This document shows positions 23,690 through 34,392 of a stretch of DNA of 64,000 nucleotides, in pieces. The translations under genes and the position numbers were made by a program. The stretch lies in contig CAVVHS010000008.1 of NCBI GenBank assembly GCA_963748215.1, forward strand, positions 160,001 through 224,000, given 5' to 3'. The notes below the pieces were generated by a model that searched no databases, was not told the origin of the DNA, and saw only the letters and a list, made by a program, of their open reading frames with translations. The stretch comes from an uncultured Gammaproteobacteria bacterium (GTDB taxonomy: Bacteria; Pseudomonadota; Gammaproteobacteria; UBA9214). Numbering within the stretch: position 1 is the stretch's first letter; every line of letters begins with the position of its first letter.

Positions 23690-26607
23690 ACATCCTTCAC
23701 CTCAGGTGCAAAACCGCGCCGCGCGGTGTTTTCCGTGATACAGACCGTATCCGTGAACTGCCTGAGATAATCCGTCCCGCCGGCCTTGCTGCCCGTACCG
23801 CTCAGCCGGAAACCGCCGAACGGCTGGCGTGACACCAGTGCACCGGTGATCTTGCGGTTCAGGTACAGGTTGCCGGCCCGGAACGCCGTGCGGGCCAGCT
23901 CCAGGTGCACGGGACGCCGTGTATAGACACCACCCGTCAGGGCGTAGCGGGTACTGTTGGCCAGCTCAAGGGCCTGTTCGAAGGTGTCCGCCCGCAGCAC
24001 GGCCAGTACCGGCCCGAAGATCTCTTCCTGCGCGAGCGGATCATCCCCCGCGACATCCGTGAAGATGGCCGGTGAGAGGTAATAGCCTTCCTCTGGCAGG
24101 TCATCGCGCACCGGCGTGACCAACCGTGCCCGCAACCTGCCCGCGTCGATCACCTGTGCGATGCGCCGCTGGGCGACGGCATCGATGATCGGCCCCAGCA
24201 GCCGGCCGGGGTCCCGGGGATCACCGATGGTCAGGCTGGCCGTCGCCGCCTGCAAGCGTTCCATGAAATTCCCGTATATACCGCCCACCACGATCACCCG
24301 CGAGGCCGCGCTGCATTTCTGTCCCTGGTAACCGAAGGCGGACTGCAGCACACCCGGGATCGCGGCATCCAGATCGGCGTCGTCGTCGATGATGATGGCG
24401 TTCTTGCCGCCCAGTTCGGCTATCACCCGCTTGATGTGGTTCTGCCCCGGCGCAAACTGCGCACCGGTCTGGATCAGCTGCGTACCGACCTCGCGCGAAC
24501 CGGTAAAGGCAATGATGGCCACCTCGGGATGCGCAGCCAGGTACGCACCGGTTTCGCGGCCTGGACCGGGCAGGAAATTGACCACGCCCGGCGGAACACC
24601 GGCCTGCATGACCAGGTCCATGAAGCGCGCCGCGATCACCGGTGTCAGCGAGGACGGTTTCAGGATGGCGGTGTTGCCCGTGACGATGGTCGCCGCAAGC
24701 ATGCCGGTGAGTATGGCCAGCGGAAAATTCCACGGCGCAATCACCAGGCCGACACCCCGCGGCCGGTGTAGCAGGATGTTATGTTCGCCGCCCAGTTCGA
24801 CCACCTCGCCTGCAGTCAGCCGTACTGCCTGGTGCGCGTAATAGTTCAGAAAGTCGATTGCCTCGCAGACATCGGCATCCGCCTCGCACCAGTGCTTGCC
24901 GGCCTCCAGCACCTGCCAGGCGGCGTGGTAGTCGCGCCGCTCTACCAGCAACGCGGCAATCCGGCGCAGGTACCCGGCGCGTTCGTCTGCCGTCAATGCG
25001 CTCCACGCCGGCAAGGCCGCGCGTGCTGCCGCCAGTGCCTGGTCTGCCTGCGGCCGGCCAGCGCTGGCCACGGTACCGATGACCTGGTCGGGGTGGGCCG
25101 GGTTGACCGAGGTGATGTGTCCGGTGCCGGCGACCGGCTCGTGGTCGATGCGCAGCGTATAGTCCTGACCCAGTTCGGCGTGGACCGCCGCGAGGGCATC
25201 ACGCACGGCCGTGCGTTCCGGCGCGGCGACGAAACGGTGCACCGGCTGGTTGCGGAAGGTACGTGTATCGTCCGCAGCTGCCGGCAGCGCATGGACTTCC
25301 GGTCGTGCCAGACTGTGTACGTCACGCCTGATCCGGCCCATACCGGTATCGAGGATGGTCTGGCCACTGGTGTTCTCCAGCAGGCGGCGCACCAGGTAGG
25401 CCATGCCCGGCAGGGTTTCCCCGTACGGGACATACACCCGCAACGGGTAACCCAGCGCGACCAGTGCCTGTTTCAGGTCGTCCGCCATGCCGTACAACAT
25501 CTGGAACTCGTAAGCCCCGTCATCCAGACCATACCGTTCCGCCAGCGCCATGCCACAGGCCAGGCTGCGGACGTTGTGTGTTGCCACTGCCGGGAATACC
25601 GAATCACGATGCGCGAACAGGCGTTCGAGGCAGGCCTCGAAACAGGCATCGGTCCGAGCCTTGCGGTCCCATACCGGCAGCGTCCAGCCGTGCTGATGCG
25701 CAAGGATGGACTCCGCGTCCCAGTAGGCACCGCGCACCAGACGCACCTTGATCGGGGCACCGCGCAGCTTTGTCCAGTCCAGCAGTGCCTGCAGGCACTC
25801 CGGCGCATCGTGCAGGTAGGCCTGGACTACGATACCCGCATGCGGCCAGTCACGGAATTCCGGCTCCATGAGCAGTTCCCTGAAACACTGCAGGACGATG
25901 TGCTTGACATCGTAGTGTTCCATGTCGAACGTCAACCCGGCCTGTGCCGTGCGCGCCGCTGCGAGTATCGGACGCAGGCGGGCGCAGATGGCGTCGACAC
26001 TGCCACGCGGATCTGCCGGGTGGATACGGGAACTGAGTGAGGTGAGCTTAAGCGAGACCTCGGGCAGAACCGTACCGGCGCGGTCGCGTGGCAGGCCCGC
26101 CAGCAGATCGAGGTAGGCCTGTTGATACGCATCGGCCTCGCGCTCGCTGACCACAGCCTCGCCCAGCAGGTCGAGGCTGTAGTGCATGCCCCGGCTGCGC
26201 AGCCGCGCGAGGGTGCGCAGTGCACGCGGCAGGGTATTCCCGCCCATGAAGCGCCGTGACAGGCCACGCAGCGTGGCACGCACCAGCGGTGCGGCGATCG
26301 GAGCAGCCCAGGGCGCATCACTATGGCGCAGGCTCCAGTGGCTGACCGCCGGCCACGGCAGTTCCACGTCGGCAAAATATTCCTGCATGTGTGCGACCAG
26401 TACCGCGTCGTCCTGCAGCACCGGCAGTACGTCGATGAAGCGCAGCGTCTGCAAGCGAAACCCGGGGTCCTGGATCGCGCGCTCGACGAGTCCGTCGAGC
26501 CAGCCGCCACCTGCCGTTTTCGCTGCGAGGTCGGCCGAGTCGAGCAACCGGCTGCCCAGCGCGTGGATGCGTTCCTCGAGATCGGCCATCGCAACAGACA
26601 CCGGCAT
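23686..26607 (-). CDS. putA: Bifunctional proline dehydrogenase / P5C dehydrogenase PutA
   Basis: DLLGE, RLVRGAYWD, ATHN, EFQMLYGM, YLVRRLLEN; ALDH motifs ELGGKN, GQKCSA, EEIFGP; start uncertain. Confidence 0.92.
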   Translation of the reverse strand: MPVSVAMADLEERIHALGSRLLDSADLAAKTAGGGWLDGLVERAIQDPGFRLQTLRFIDVLPVLQDDAVLVAHMQEYFADVELPWPAVSHWSLRHSDAPWAAPIAAPLVRATLRGLSRRFMGGNTLPRALRTLARLRSRGMHYSLDLLGEAVVSEREADAYQQAYLDLLAGLPRDRAGTVLPEVSLKLTSLSSRIHPADPRGSVDAICARLRPILAAARTAQAGLTFDMEHYDVKHIVLQCFRELLMEPEFRDWPHAGIVVQAYLHDAPECLQALLDWTKLRGAPIKVRLVRGAYWDAESILAHQHGWTLPVWDRKARTDACFEACLERLFAHRDSVFPAVATHNVRSLACGMALAERYGLDDGAYEFQMLYGMADDLKQALVALGYPLRVYVPYGETLPGMAYLVRRLLENTSGQTILDTGMGRIRRDVHSLARPEVHALPAAADDTRTFRNQPVHRFVAAPERTAVRDALAAVHAELGQDYTLRIDHEPVAGTGHITSVNPAHPDQVIGTVASAGRPQADQALAAARAALPAWSALTADERAGYLRRIAALLVERRDYHAAWQVLEAGKHWCEADADVCEAIDFLNYYAHQAVRLTAGEVVELGGEHNILLHRPRGVGLVIAPWNFPLAILTGMLAATIVTGNTAILKPSSLTPVIAARFMDLVMQAGVPPGVVNFLPGPGRETGAYLAAHPEVAIIAFTGSREVGTQLIQTGAQFAPGQNHIKRVIAELGGKNAIIIDDDADLDAAIPGVLQSAFGYQGQKCSAASRVIVVGGIYGNFMERLQAATASLTIGDPRDPGRLLGPIIDAVAQRRIAQVIDAGRLRARLVTPVRDDLPEEGYYLSPAIFTDVAGDDPLAQEEIFGPVLAVLRADTFEQALELANSTRYALTGGVYTRRPVHLELARTAFRAGNLYLNRKITGALVSRQPFGGFRLSGTGSKAGGTDYLRQFTDTVCITENTARRGFAPEVKDV

Positions 26608-26623
26608 TCCCGGGCCGGACCGT

Positions 26624-26827
26624 TCAGGCAACACGTGTAAACGTGTACTCGCTGCCCTGGCGCCGGGCCTTGATACCCGTACGTTCAAACAGGATTTCCT
26701 GCCCGTCATCGATATTGCGCGGGTCGCCGCAGACGGCAATAAAGCCTTCCCGGGTGACGCCGCAGTGTATGAGGCCGAGCTTGTCGTGTTTTGCGGGTGC
26801 CAGCGTCAGTGTGTCGGTATCAGACAT
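26624..26827 (-). CDS. Small hypothetical protein (67 aa)
   Basis: Strong AAGGAGG RBS, globular composition, first gene before putA. Confidence 0.7.
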   Translation of the reverse strand: MSDTDTLTLAPAKHDKLGLIHCGVTREGFIAVCGDPRNIDDGQEILFERTGIKARRQGSEYTFTRVA

Positions 26828-26909
26828 CGTTATTACCTCCTTCCCAGTGCATTGACCATCGCGCCCGGAAGCTGGACGGCTACCTGTAGTCTAGTTCAGG
26901 AACGCCGGG

Positions 26910-27404
26910 CTAGCGGTAGGCGGCATCCGCGCGCCGGACTGCCGCGATCTGCTGCTCATGGCGCTCGCCGATGGCCAGCAACTGCTCCTTGTGGATTTCC
27001 TCCTCGCCACGGTTCTCGAAGTGGAACTCGAAAATGCGCGTCAGCACGATGGCATCGGTAGGACAGGCCTTCTCGCAGAACCCGCAGTAGACGCACTTGA
27101 ACAGGTCGATGTCATAGCGCGTCGTGCGCCGGCTCCCGTCCGGCGCGAGCTCGGAATCGATCGTGATGCACACGGCCGGACATACCGCTTCACACAGCTT
27201 GCAGGCGATGCAGCGTTCCTCCCCGTTCGGGTAGCGACGCAAGGCATGCAGCCCGCGGAACCGCACCGATTGGGGCGTCTTCTCATCCGGATACTGCACA
27301 GTGATCTTGCGTGCAAAAAGGCGTCGACCCGTCAGCCACATGCCGCGCAGCAGCTCGAGCAGGAGCAGGCTTTTCAGGTATTGCGCCAGGGTGTTCATAG
27401 GCAT
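26910..27404 (-). CDS. nuoI: NADH-quinone oxidoreductase subunit I (stand-alone copy)
   Basis: [46 protein letters not shown]. Confidence 0.92.
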   Translation of the reverse strand: MPMNTLAQYLKSLLLLELLRGMWLTGRRLFARKITVQYPDEKTPQSVRFRGLHALRRYPNGEERCIACKLCEAVCPAVCITIDSELAPDGSRRTTRYDIDLFKCVYCGFCEKACPTDAIVLTRIFEFHFENRGEEEIHKEQLLAIGERHEQQIAAVRRADAAYR

Positions 27405-27591
27405 GATGCGGCTGCTGTGATGTCCCTTTCGGCATTGGGGATTTCCGGTCAGCAGTTCCCGGCATACATACTCAGCTTAGTCGAGAACCTGCCGTGTGTT
27501 GCACGCTATGTATTGCCGCATTGACAAACCGGAGGGTTGCGCTTGAATTAAGGAAGCGCTGCATGGCTATAAACAGGCCGGGACTCGAACG

Positions 27592-27984
27592 ATGCACTGT
27601 TTGCAGGATGTTGAAAGATTACTGGTGCACCTGCTGGTACTGACCGGCTGCCTGCTGGCGGTCGTCACGGCATTCGAGCCCCAGGCGACCGGCGCCTGGC
27701 ACCTGGTCGCCGCCTGGATGATGTGCGGCCTGATTCCGTACATTGTCTACGGAAGCATAACGACGATTCTCGATGGCTGCACGCTGCTGACGGCCGGGCT
27801 AGTGCTGCTGACGGCTGACCTGGTCGCACGCTACGGTCTTGGACTCACCGCCGCCGCACAACCGGACCTGCAGGCACCGGTCTGGCTGAGCACGGTGCTG
27901 GTGCTCGCAGTCCTGCCGGCGGGCACACTGGTCGGAACATGGCTTTCCCGGCTACCGGCCTGCCGGCGCAGCGCAAACCTGTGA
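27592..27984 (+). CDS. Hypothetical membrane protein (~4 TM)
   Basis: Four hydrophobic segments. Confidence 0.6.
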   Translation: MHCLQDVERLLVHLLVLTGCLLAVVTAFEPQATGAWHLVAAWMMCGLIPYIVYGSITTILDGCTLLTAGLVLLTADLVARYGLGLTAAAQPDLQAPVWLSTVLVLAVLPAGTLVGTWLSRLPACRRSANL

Positions 27985-28228
27985 GTGGCGAATTCGCGAC
28001 TATTACCCGGAAACGCTAGCCATACAGTCCGGTCCCCGAAAGTAACCGTCGCTGCACTTCCCTGCCATGAAGGACCTGCTATTCTTATAGACAGCCGGTT
28101 TCACTCGTAACCGGACTAACTGTTTATTACAGCAGACAAGCATTGCACAGGTAAGACAGCAGGTCATGCGCCTCACTCAGTGTCGCGACCGGCATGCAAT
28201 GCATCCGTCAGAGAAGTGCGGGAGAATG

Positions 28229-28690
28229 ATGATGACTGAACAACTCGACAAAACTGCAGTAGTCACCAACCTCAACAAGATTCTCGAACTGGAGCTTGCC
28301 GGTGTTGTGCGCTACACCCACTATGCCCTGATGATCTTCGGATTCAACCGCATCCCCATTGTTTCCTGGATGCAGGCGCAGGCCAATGAATCTCTGGCCC
28401 ATGCCCGGGAGGCCGGTGAGCTGATCACGCTGCTCGGCGAACATCCCTCGCTGGCTATCGGTCCACTGCTGGAAAGCCACAAGCACGACATCGGTGATAT
28501 CCTGCGCGAATCCCTGGAACACGAGCGGGCGTCGCTGGTGGCCTACCGGGAATTGCTCCTGCTGGTGGAGGGCCGCTCGGTACAATTGGAGGAGTATGCC
28601 CGCCGCATGATCTCCCTGGAAGAAATGCACCAGGGCGACGTGGATAAAATGTTGCGCAAACCGGGTGAAGTTGGCGTCTCCACTGATTGA
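28229..28690 (+). CDS. Bacterioferritin/ferritin-like protein
   Basis: ELELAGVVRY, ESLAH, ESLEHE, EEMH di-iron ligand pattern. Confidence 0.85.
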   Translation: MMTEQLDKTAVVTNLNKILELELAGVVRYTHYALMIFGFNRIPIVSWMQAQANESLAHAREAGELITLLGEHPSLAIGPLLESHKHDIGDILRESLEHERASLVAYRELLLLVEGRSVQLEEYARRMISLEEMHQGDVDKMLRKPGEVGVSTD

Positions 28691-28742
28691 AGCCGACGAC
28701 AGTATTGGACGTTTACCGTATTGATTTGAATTGGGGGGATTT

Positions 28743-29108
28743 ATGGCTGATATCAATGCTTACATTACCAGACCGAGCCTTGACGCTCCCGAACGCATGG
28801 ATCGGCACAATGAGCTTGCACACTGGAACCGTGATAGCGCCATGGAATTGGCTGCACACGAGGGGATCATATTGGGCGACGGGCACTGGAAGGTGATCTT
28901 CTTTCTACGCCGCTACTACCTCGACCACGGATGGCCCGCCTATCCCCGCATCCTGATCCGCGATCTGGACAAAGCGTTCGCCGACGACGGCGGCACACGG
29001 TATCTCTACCGGCTGTTCCCGCGGGGCCCCCTGGCTCAGGGTACGTATATCGCCGGCTTATCCGTGCCGGCCAATGTGACGAACAAGTCATTCGGGTACA
29101 TGCAGTAG
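28743..29108 (+). CDS. TusE/DsrC-family protein lacking C-terminal Cys
   Basis: LAAHEGIILGDGHWKVIFFLRRYY...YLYRLFPRGPLAQGTYIAGL. Confidence 0.88.
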   Translation: MADINAYITRPSLDAPERMDRHNELAHWNRDSAMELAAHEGIILGDGHWKVIFFLRRYYLDHGWPAYPRILIRDLDKAFADDGGTRYLYRLFPRGPLAQGTYIAGLSVPANVTNKSFGYMQ

Positions 29109-30285
29109 CGGCACATGGCACGCCCGTGCAGCGCCACTTGATTTGCCCTGCCGAAGGCTTTCCTACCGATGCCGGCGATATCCATGGCATTGCTATCTGC
29201 CGCATGTTCATCATGGCCAACACATCCAGAGGCGCACCGAAAGACCCCGGCACTGACAATGATCCGCGCTTCAAGTAACACAGTGGCAAGCAAACCCGCG
29301 AATACAGGATACAGACGAAATCAAGGCAATCCTTTATACACCACTATCGCATCCCTTCGTCGAACGGCAGATCCGGACCATTCGTCGGGAATTCCCTGAC
29401 CGGACGCGCTTCTGATATACCAGCGGACTGGAACGAAAGCTGGCTGAATTTCACCAGTATTACAATTCGCACCCTGTACATGCTGCGCTCAAGGAAATCA
29501 CTCCCTCATCGACGCCCGGGTAAAGCATAAGTCGCCACACTGAGATCAGCCAATTCCAGGGGAAATCGCGTTTTCGTGGCCTTTATCAACTGTCTGCAGC
29601 TGAGAAACAGTTATCCGCCACACACAGGAACAAGCGCGTCGCGTTCTTCGCAATCGACGTTTACCTGCGCATGAACAGTTACAAGCCAAAGAACGATGCA
29701 AACAAGGTACGCCGGATCCTGATCGGACGGCTGAAACCAAATCGCTGTAATTTCGATGAAATGCTGCCGTGGAATCGTGCCCATGCGGTAAAGACAGGTT
29801 AAGGAAGGACAGTCCAGCATGCTGAGTGGGGTACAGGCTGACTTGATCCGGCAGAGCCGGAAAAACGGCCTGATGTTTCAGCATCAGGGAATAACACAGC
29901 AACAGGTCCACGGTGGCGCATTTTTCACCGGTGATGCGCGATAACTCAATCGTACGACTTCACGGAAGCCAAAAACTGCAACCCGCACAGAATTGCAACA
30001 TGCTACGGGACGCAGCGGAGCTGCCCGATCTGAAAACACAATCCGCTGACCTTTAATGAGATCCAGTCGACAGAATCCTGCAGGACAGGATGCGGCATCG
30101 AATCGTGTGCACCTCATCAATTAATATGATGAGCTATTTCCCGGGGAAGGCCTATAGTAATAGTCTAACCATTGCCACATCCTGTGCCGCCAGCCGGCAG
30201 CTTTACAAAAGATGGAGTTTCCGCAGGGAGCGGCGCATAACGCGCAGCCTTACGAGCGGCAGGCGATGAGTTACAGGAGCCAAAC

Positions 30286-30603
30286 ATGTCCACAGCATCA
30301 CCCGCCCGTAACACACCCGTCATCAAGTTCGAAAACCTGAACTGGATCGCCTCCGACCCACTGCCACGCGATCAGACCCAAAGCCACCGCTTGCACGAAC
30401 CCGAGCATCGCATCAACACTATCGACCCCATGACAGGCAACGATATCGAGAACGTCACGAGCCACCCCTCCCTGGAGGATGGTGAGCTGACTATGTATTT
30501 CGAAACTGATGATACCCGCAGGGCGTATATCGAAATGCCGCTCGATCATCCCAACCAGCATTTGCCTCATCCGGCCACCGATGACGATGACCGTGGCGGC
30601 TGA
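30286..30603 (+). CDS. Hypothetical protein, degenerate YHS-like motif
   Basis: AGGAG RBS; DPMTG...MYFETDDTRRAY. Confidence 0.65.
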   Translation: MSTASPARNTPVIKFENLNWIASDPLPRDQTQSHRLHEPEHRINTIDPMTGNDIENVTSHPSLEDGELTMYFETDDTRRAYIEMPLDHPNQHLPHPATDDDDRGG

Positions 30604-30692
30604 AACACACAGGGCATAACCGTTCGCAAGAGCAGTCACCGAAGCACCGTTTTACCGGAAACAGCCAGCCACTACCGGCTGACACAAGAACC

Positions 30693-31661
30693 TTGATCGC
30701 TGACGAATCCCTGGATACAACCTGGCAGGACAGCATCTTCCGTCAACGTGAAGAACTGGCGAGGATGCTGCGCGAACCGCTTGCCCTGCTGGCAAAATGT
30801 TGCGTTCCGGTCTGGAGTGACCGGGACCGGCTCAATGCCGTGCTGCTGCAGGGCTTCTCGGGCATTCCGTATTGTTGCTACCTCTATGTCATCGACAACG
30901 GTGCCGTGCAGCTCAGCGATAACATCATCGATACCGGGCTCATGCCCGGGCACTTTCAACGCAATCGCGCCGAACGTCCCTATATGAAGGAAGCAATGCC
31001 GGCATGGGGTTTCCTGTTGTCGGATGCGTACATCAGCCTGTCCGCGCATCGGCCATCACTGACCGCGCTGCAAGTGGTTGCATCGGATGCCGGTACCCAG
31101 CTGGGCTATCTCGGTGCGGATTTTGACCTGCGCAGACTGCCGGTGACCTCGGCGCTATACCAGGAGCCAGGCAGATGGCGGCAGGTGAAAGGCGACCCGG
31201 CTATTCGCGGCGCCCTGTTTCAACAGACCCGCATCGAGAGTCCCATGGACCGGAATATTGATAATGCACTGTCTATCCTGGAGGAGCTGCTCACGGAGCG
31301 CGGCATCTTCCAGTGCCAGATTCACTTCTCGAGCAGCCAGGTCACGATCTGGACAAGCGATGATCCGCTGCGTTATCGCATCCTCGACCAGGAAGTGCTC
31401 GGGGATCCTGACATCTGCCTGCTGTACCCGTCACGGCCCTATCCCGTCGCCGCCACAATACCGCGCTCCGGGATCACCCGGATACTGGACGGGATGCAGG
31501 CGCTGCGCATGATCGACGCGAACATCTACCTGCGCACGGGCTCCATCAATATTTACAACGGCATGGTAAGCCTGACCTTTTCCTGCGACGGGTCGCATTA
31601 CATGCGCTACGACGAATTTCTTGCCAAGGGCACCGCCTTCTGGTCCGGTATTGCGGCTTGA
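30693..31661 (+). CDS. PDC/Cache-like sensor domain protein with C-terminal domain of unknown function
   Basis: RAERPYMKE, LSDAYISL..RPSLTA, LGYLGADFDL; start uncertain. Confidence 0.75.
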   Translation: MIADESLDTTWQDSIFRQREELARMLREPLALLAKCCVPVWSDRDRLNAVLLQGFSGIPYCCYLYVIDNGAVQLSDNIIDTGLMPGHFQRNRAERPYMKEAMPAWGFLLSDAYISLSAHRPSLTALQVVASDAGTQLGYLGADFDLRRLPVTSALYQEPGRWRQVKGDPAIRGALFQQTRIESPMDRNIDNALSILEELLTERGIFQCQIHFSSSQVTIWTSDDPLRYRILDQEVLGDPDICLLYPSRPYPVAATIPRSGITRILDGMQALRMIDANIYLRTGSINIYNGMVSLTFSCDGSHYMRYDEFLAKGTAFWSGIAA

Positions 31662-31903
31662 GCAGGCAGTCGCCCGTATGCCCGGGCCCGGCACGTGATC
31701 GTTTACCTGTTGCGCCTGATGAAATTCGCACGCCTCGGGATCTTCCCGGTTCTCATCCCGCTATTGTGTCCAGGATGCAGCGATACGCTCAGGCCCCGGC
31801 GCTATCGTGCATATCGCCTGGCGGGCTTGAGAAAGCCGGGTCCCCGGCAGTCCATCGGGTTTCCCGATCTCCCGGTCACTTCGGCAGCAGCGCGTTAACT
31901 TCC

Positions 31904-32173
31904 TCAAAAATCCCCGGTTGACAGGATGTATGCACAGGTTCCCTTATCCCCGTGCGTATAGACCTTGTCTGCAACCTCGTGGATCTTTTTCCGCGCGGCA
32001 TCGAATGCCTGCAGAAACCCCGATTCGACGCCACTCATATCCGGACAGAGCTGCTTGAGAGCGTCCGCTTCAATGAAGAAGGTAATTTCGATCGTGCTGT
32101 CATATCCCCAAAAGCAGACGCGGCTTCTGTCGGCATCAAAGCTGCGGCACGGGTTGGGAAAGCTCAGTCTCAT
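31904..32173 (-). CDS. DUF1488-family protein
   Basis: FPNPCRSFD..VCFWGYD..EITFFIEADAL; translationally coupled to hflC. Confidence 0.75.
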   Translation of the reverse strand: MRLSFPNPCRSFDADRSRVCFWGYDSTIEITFFIEADALKQLCPDMSGVESGFLQAFDAARKKIHEVADKVYTHGDKGTCAYILSTGDF

Positions 32174-33167
32174 CGCTGGACACCGTAAGCCTGGACCGGA
32201 TCGCCGGCGCCACCCGGCGTCATCCCCTTCAGGAATTTGAACAGGTCACTGTCCGTGGACAGTACCAGGGTCGTGTTTTCGGCGATGATGGACTTGTAGG
32301 ACTGCATGGTGCGCGTGAATTCATAGAACGCCACCGCTTCGGGGCTCTGGTTGTAGGCCCTCGCGTAGATTTCGGTGGCCTTCGCGTCCGCCACGCCGCG
32401 GATCTCCTCGACCTGCCGGTAGGCCTCGGACTGGATCTTGTTCAGGTCACGCACCCGGTTGCCGCGGATTCTGGCGGCCTCGCCGTTGCCTTCCGACAGG
32501 AAGCGTTCTGCGATCTGGCGCCGTTCGCTGATCATGCGATCGTAGATCTTCGGGCGCACGCTTTCGTTGTAGTTGATGCGTTTGAAGCGGATATCGAGCA
32601 ACTCGATACCGAACACCCGCACCTTCTCGGCCGCCGCGGCGAAGATCTCCTGCTCGACCAGCTTGCGTCCCTTCTTGATCGGCACCAGCGATCCCATGTC
32701 AGCCGTTCCGCGTCGGTCAGCAGGGCATCGCGCAGCGGCACGCGATCCTTGGTGGTGCGGATGATCTCGATCAGCTCGTGCTTGGCGACCGCGTTGCGGG
32801 TCTCGCTGCCCAGGATGTCGTCCAGGCGGGACTGCGCGCTGCGTTCATCGCGCAGGCGCAGGAAGTACTGCAGCGGATCGGTAATCCGCCAGCGGGCGAA
32901 CAGATCGACCGAGATGTAGAGCTTGTCCTTGGTCGGCATATCCGACGGATTGCCGTCCCACTCGAGCACCCGCTTGTCGATCGGATTGACCTCCTGGATG
33001 AAGGGCACCTTGAGCTTCAGGCCGGCGGTAGTCACCGGCTCGCCGACCGGCTTGCCGAACTGGGTGATGATCATTTGCTCGACTTCGCTCACCGTGTAGA
33101 TCGAACTCATCAGCGACATAGGTCACGATGCCCAGCGACCGCCAGTGATGACTATTTGTCTGTTCAT
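32170..33167 (-). CDS. hflC: Protease modulator HflC (split by apparent frameshifts)
   Basis: ITQFGKP, PTKDK, RMISER, FYEFTRTMQSY across ORFs 32532-33119 and 32170-32697. Confidence 0.88.
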
Positions 33168-34230
33168 GGCTGCACTCGCCTTCTGGGCATCGAGATTGAG
33201 CAATGGCAGAATGCTGCGTGTCTGCTCATCGACAATGATCTTGGAGCGTATGCCCGGCATGACGTCCTGCAGGGTCTCGATATAGATGCGGCGGCGGGTG
33301 ACCTCCGGGGCCTTGCTGTATTCCGCCAGCAGGGCATTGAACCGGGCGACGTCGCCTTCCGCTTCATTGATCCGCTTGAGCCGGTAGCCGTCGGCCTCGC
33401 GGATGCGCTGATCCTTCTCGCCCTCGGCCAGCGGGATCACCTTGTTGTAATCGCGCCGCGCCTCGTTGATCAGCTTCTCCTTCTCCTGCTGCGCCTGGTT
33501 GACCTCGTTGAACGATTCCTGCACCGGCTGGGGCGGGTTGATGTTCTTCAACTGCACCTGGTCGATGCTGATCCCCATGGCGTACTTGGTGGAGAGCGCC
33601 TGCATCTTGGCCAGCGCCTCCGTTTCGATTTCCTGCCGGCCGATGGTGATCACCTCGTCCACGGTGCGATCGCCGACGACTTCGCGCATGACGGATTCGG
33701 ATACGTAGCGCAGGGTTTCACTCGGTTCGCGGACCTCGAACAGGAATTTGACGGGATCCGAGATGCGGTATTGCACCACCCATTCCACCAGCGCGGCGTT
33801 CAGGTCACCGGTCACCATCTCGGTTTCCCGCTTGCCGTCGCGCGGCCCCTGGTACGGATCACTGGCGCCCGGGGTCGTGAAGCCGAATTCCTGCTTCAGC
33901 TGCCGCTTGACGGGAACGATGGTCGCCACATCGATGCCCAGTGGCAGCTTGAAATGCAGTCCCGGCTGGAACGTCCTTGAGATACTTGCCGAACCGTTGC
34001 ACGACAGCGACCGAGTCGCTCGGCACGGTGTAATAGGCCGTCCATGCGCCCAGGGCAACCAGCGCGAGCAGGGCCAGGACGATCATGCCGCGCCCGCCGC
34101 CACCCGGCAGCATCTGCCCGAACTGCTCCTTCCCTTGCCGGATCAGGTCCCCGAGATCGGGGGGTGTGCCCCCGCTGCCCCCGCTACCCCAGGGGCCACC
34201 CTGACCGCCGTTACCGTGTTGTGATGGCAT
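33164..34230 (-). CDS. hflK: FtsH modulator HflK (split by apparent frameshifts)
   Basis: GPWG..PPDL N-terminus, MVTGDLN, INPPQPVQESFNEV, APEVTRRRIYIET. Confidence 0.88.
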
Positions 34231-34392
34231 CGGTATTCCTTATGTCGTGTACGATAAAAGTCAAGCCCGGAGGAACGATCATACCTTCATTCTCGCCCCG
34301 TTCCCTGGCTTGACGGTCGATATCCTCCTGTACGCCCCGGGTCCGCTCGCCGGTGGCGGCCCTGTCCCGTGCTGGCTGTATCGCGATGCTGT

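Noticed and set aside
29110-30280. Long intergenic stretches (also 7620-8630, 12460-13700, 46200-47150) as ncRNA or hidden genes
   Set aside because: No recognisable RNA motif, RBS-supported ORF or repeat beyond those reported; cannot be supported without searches
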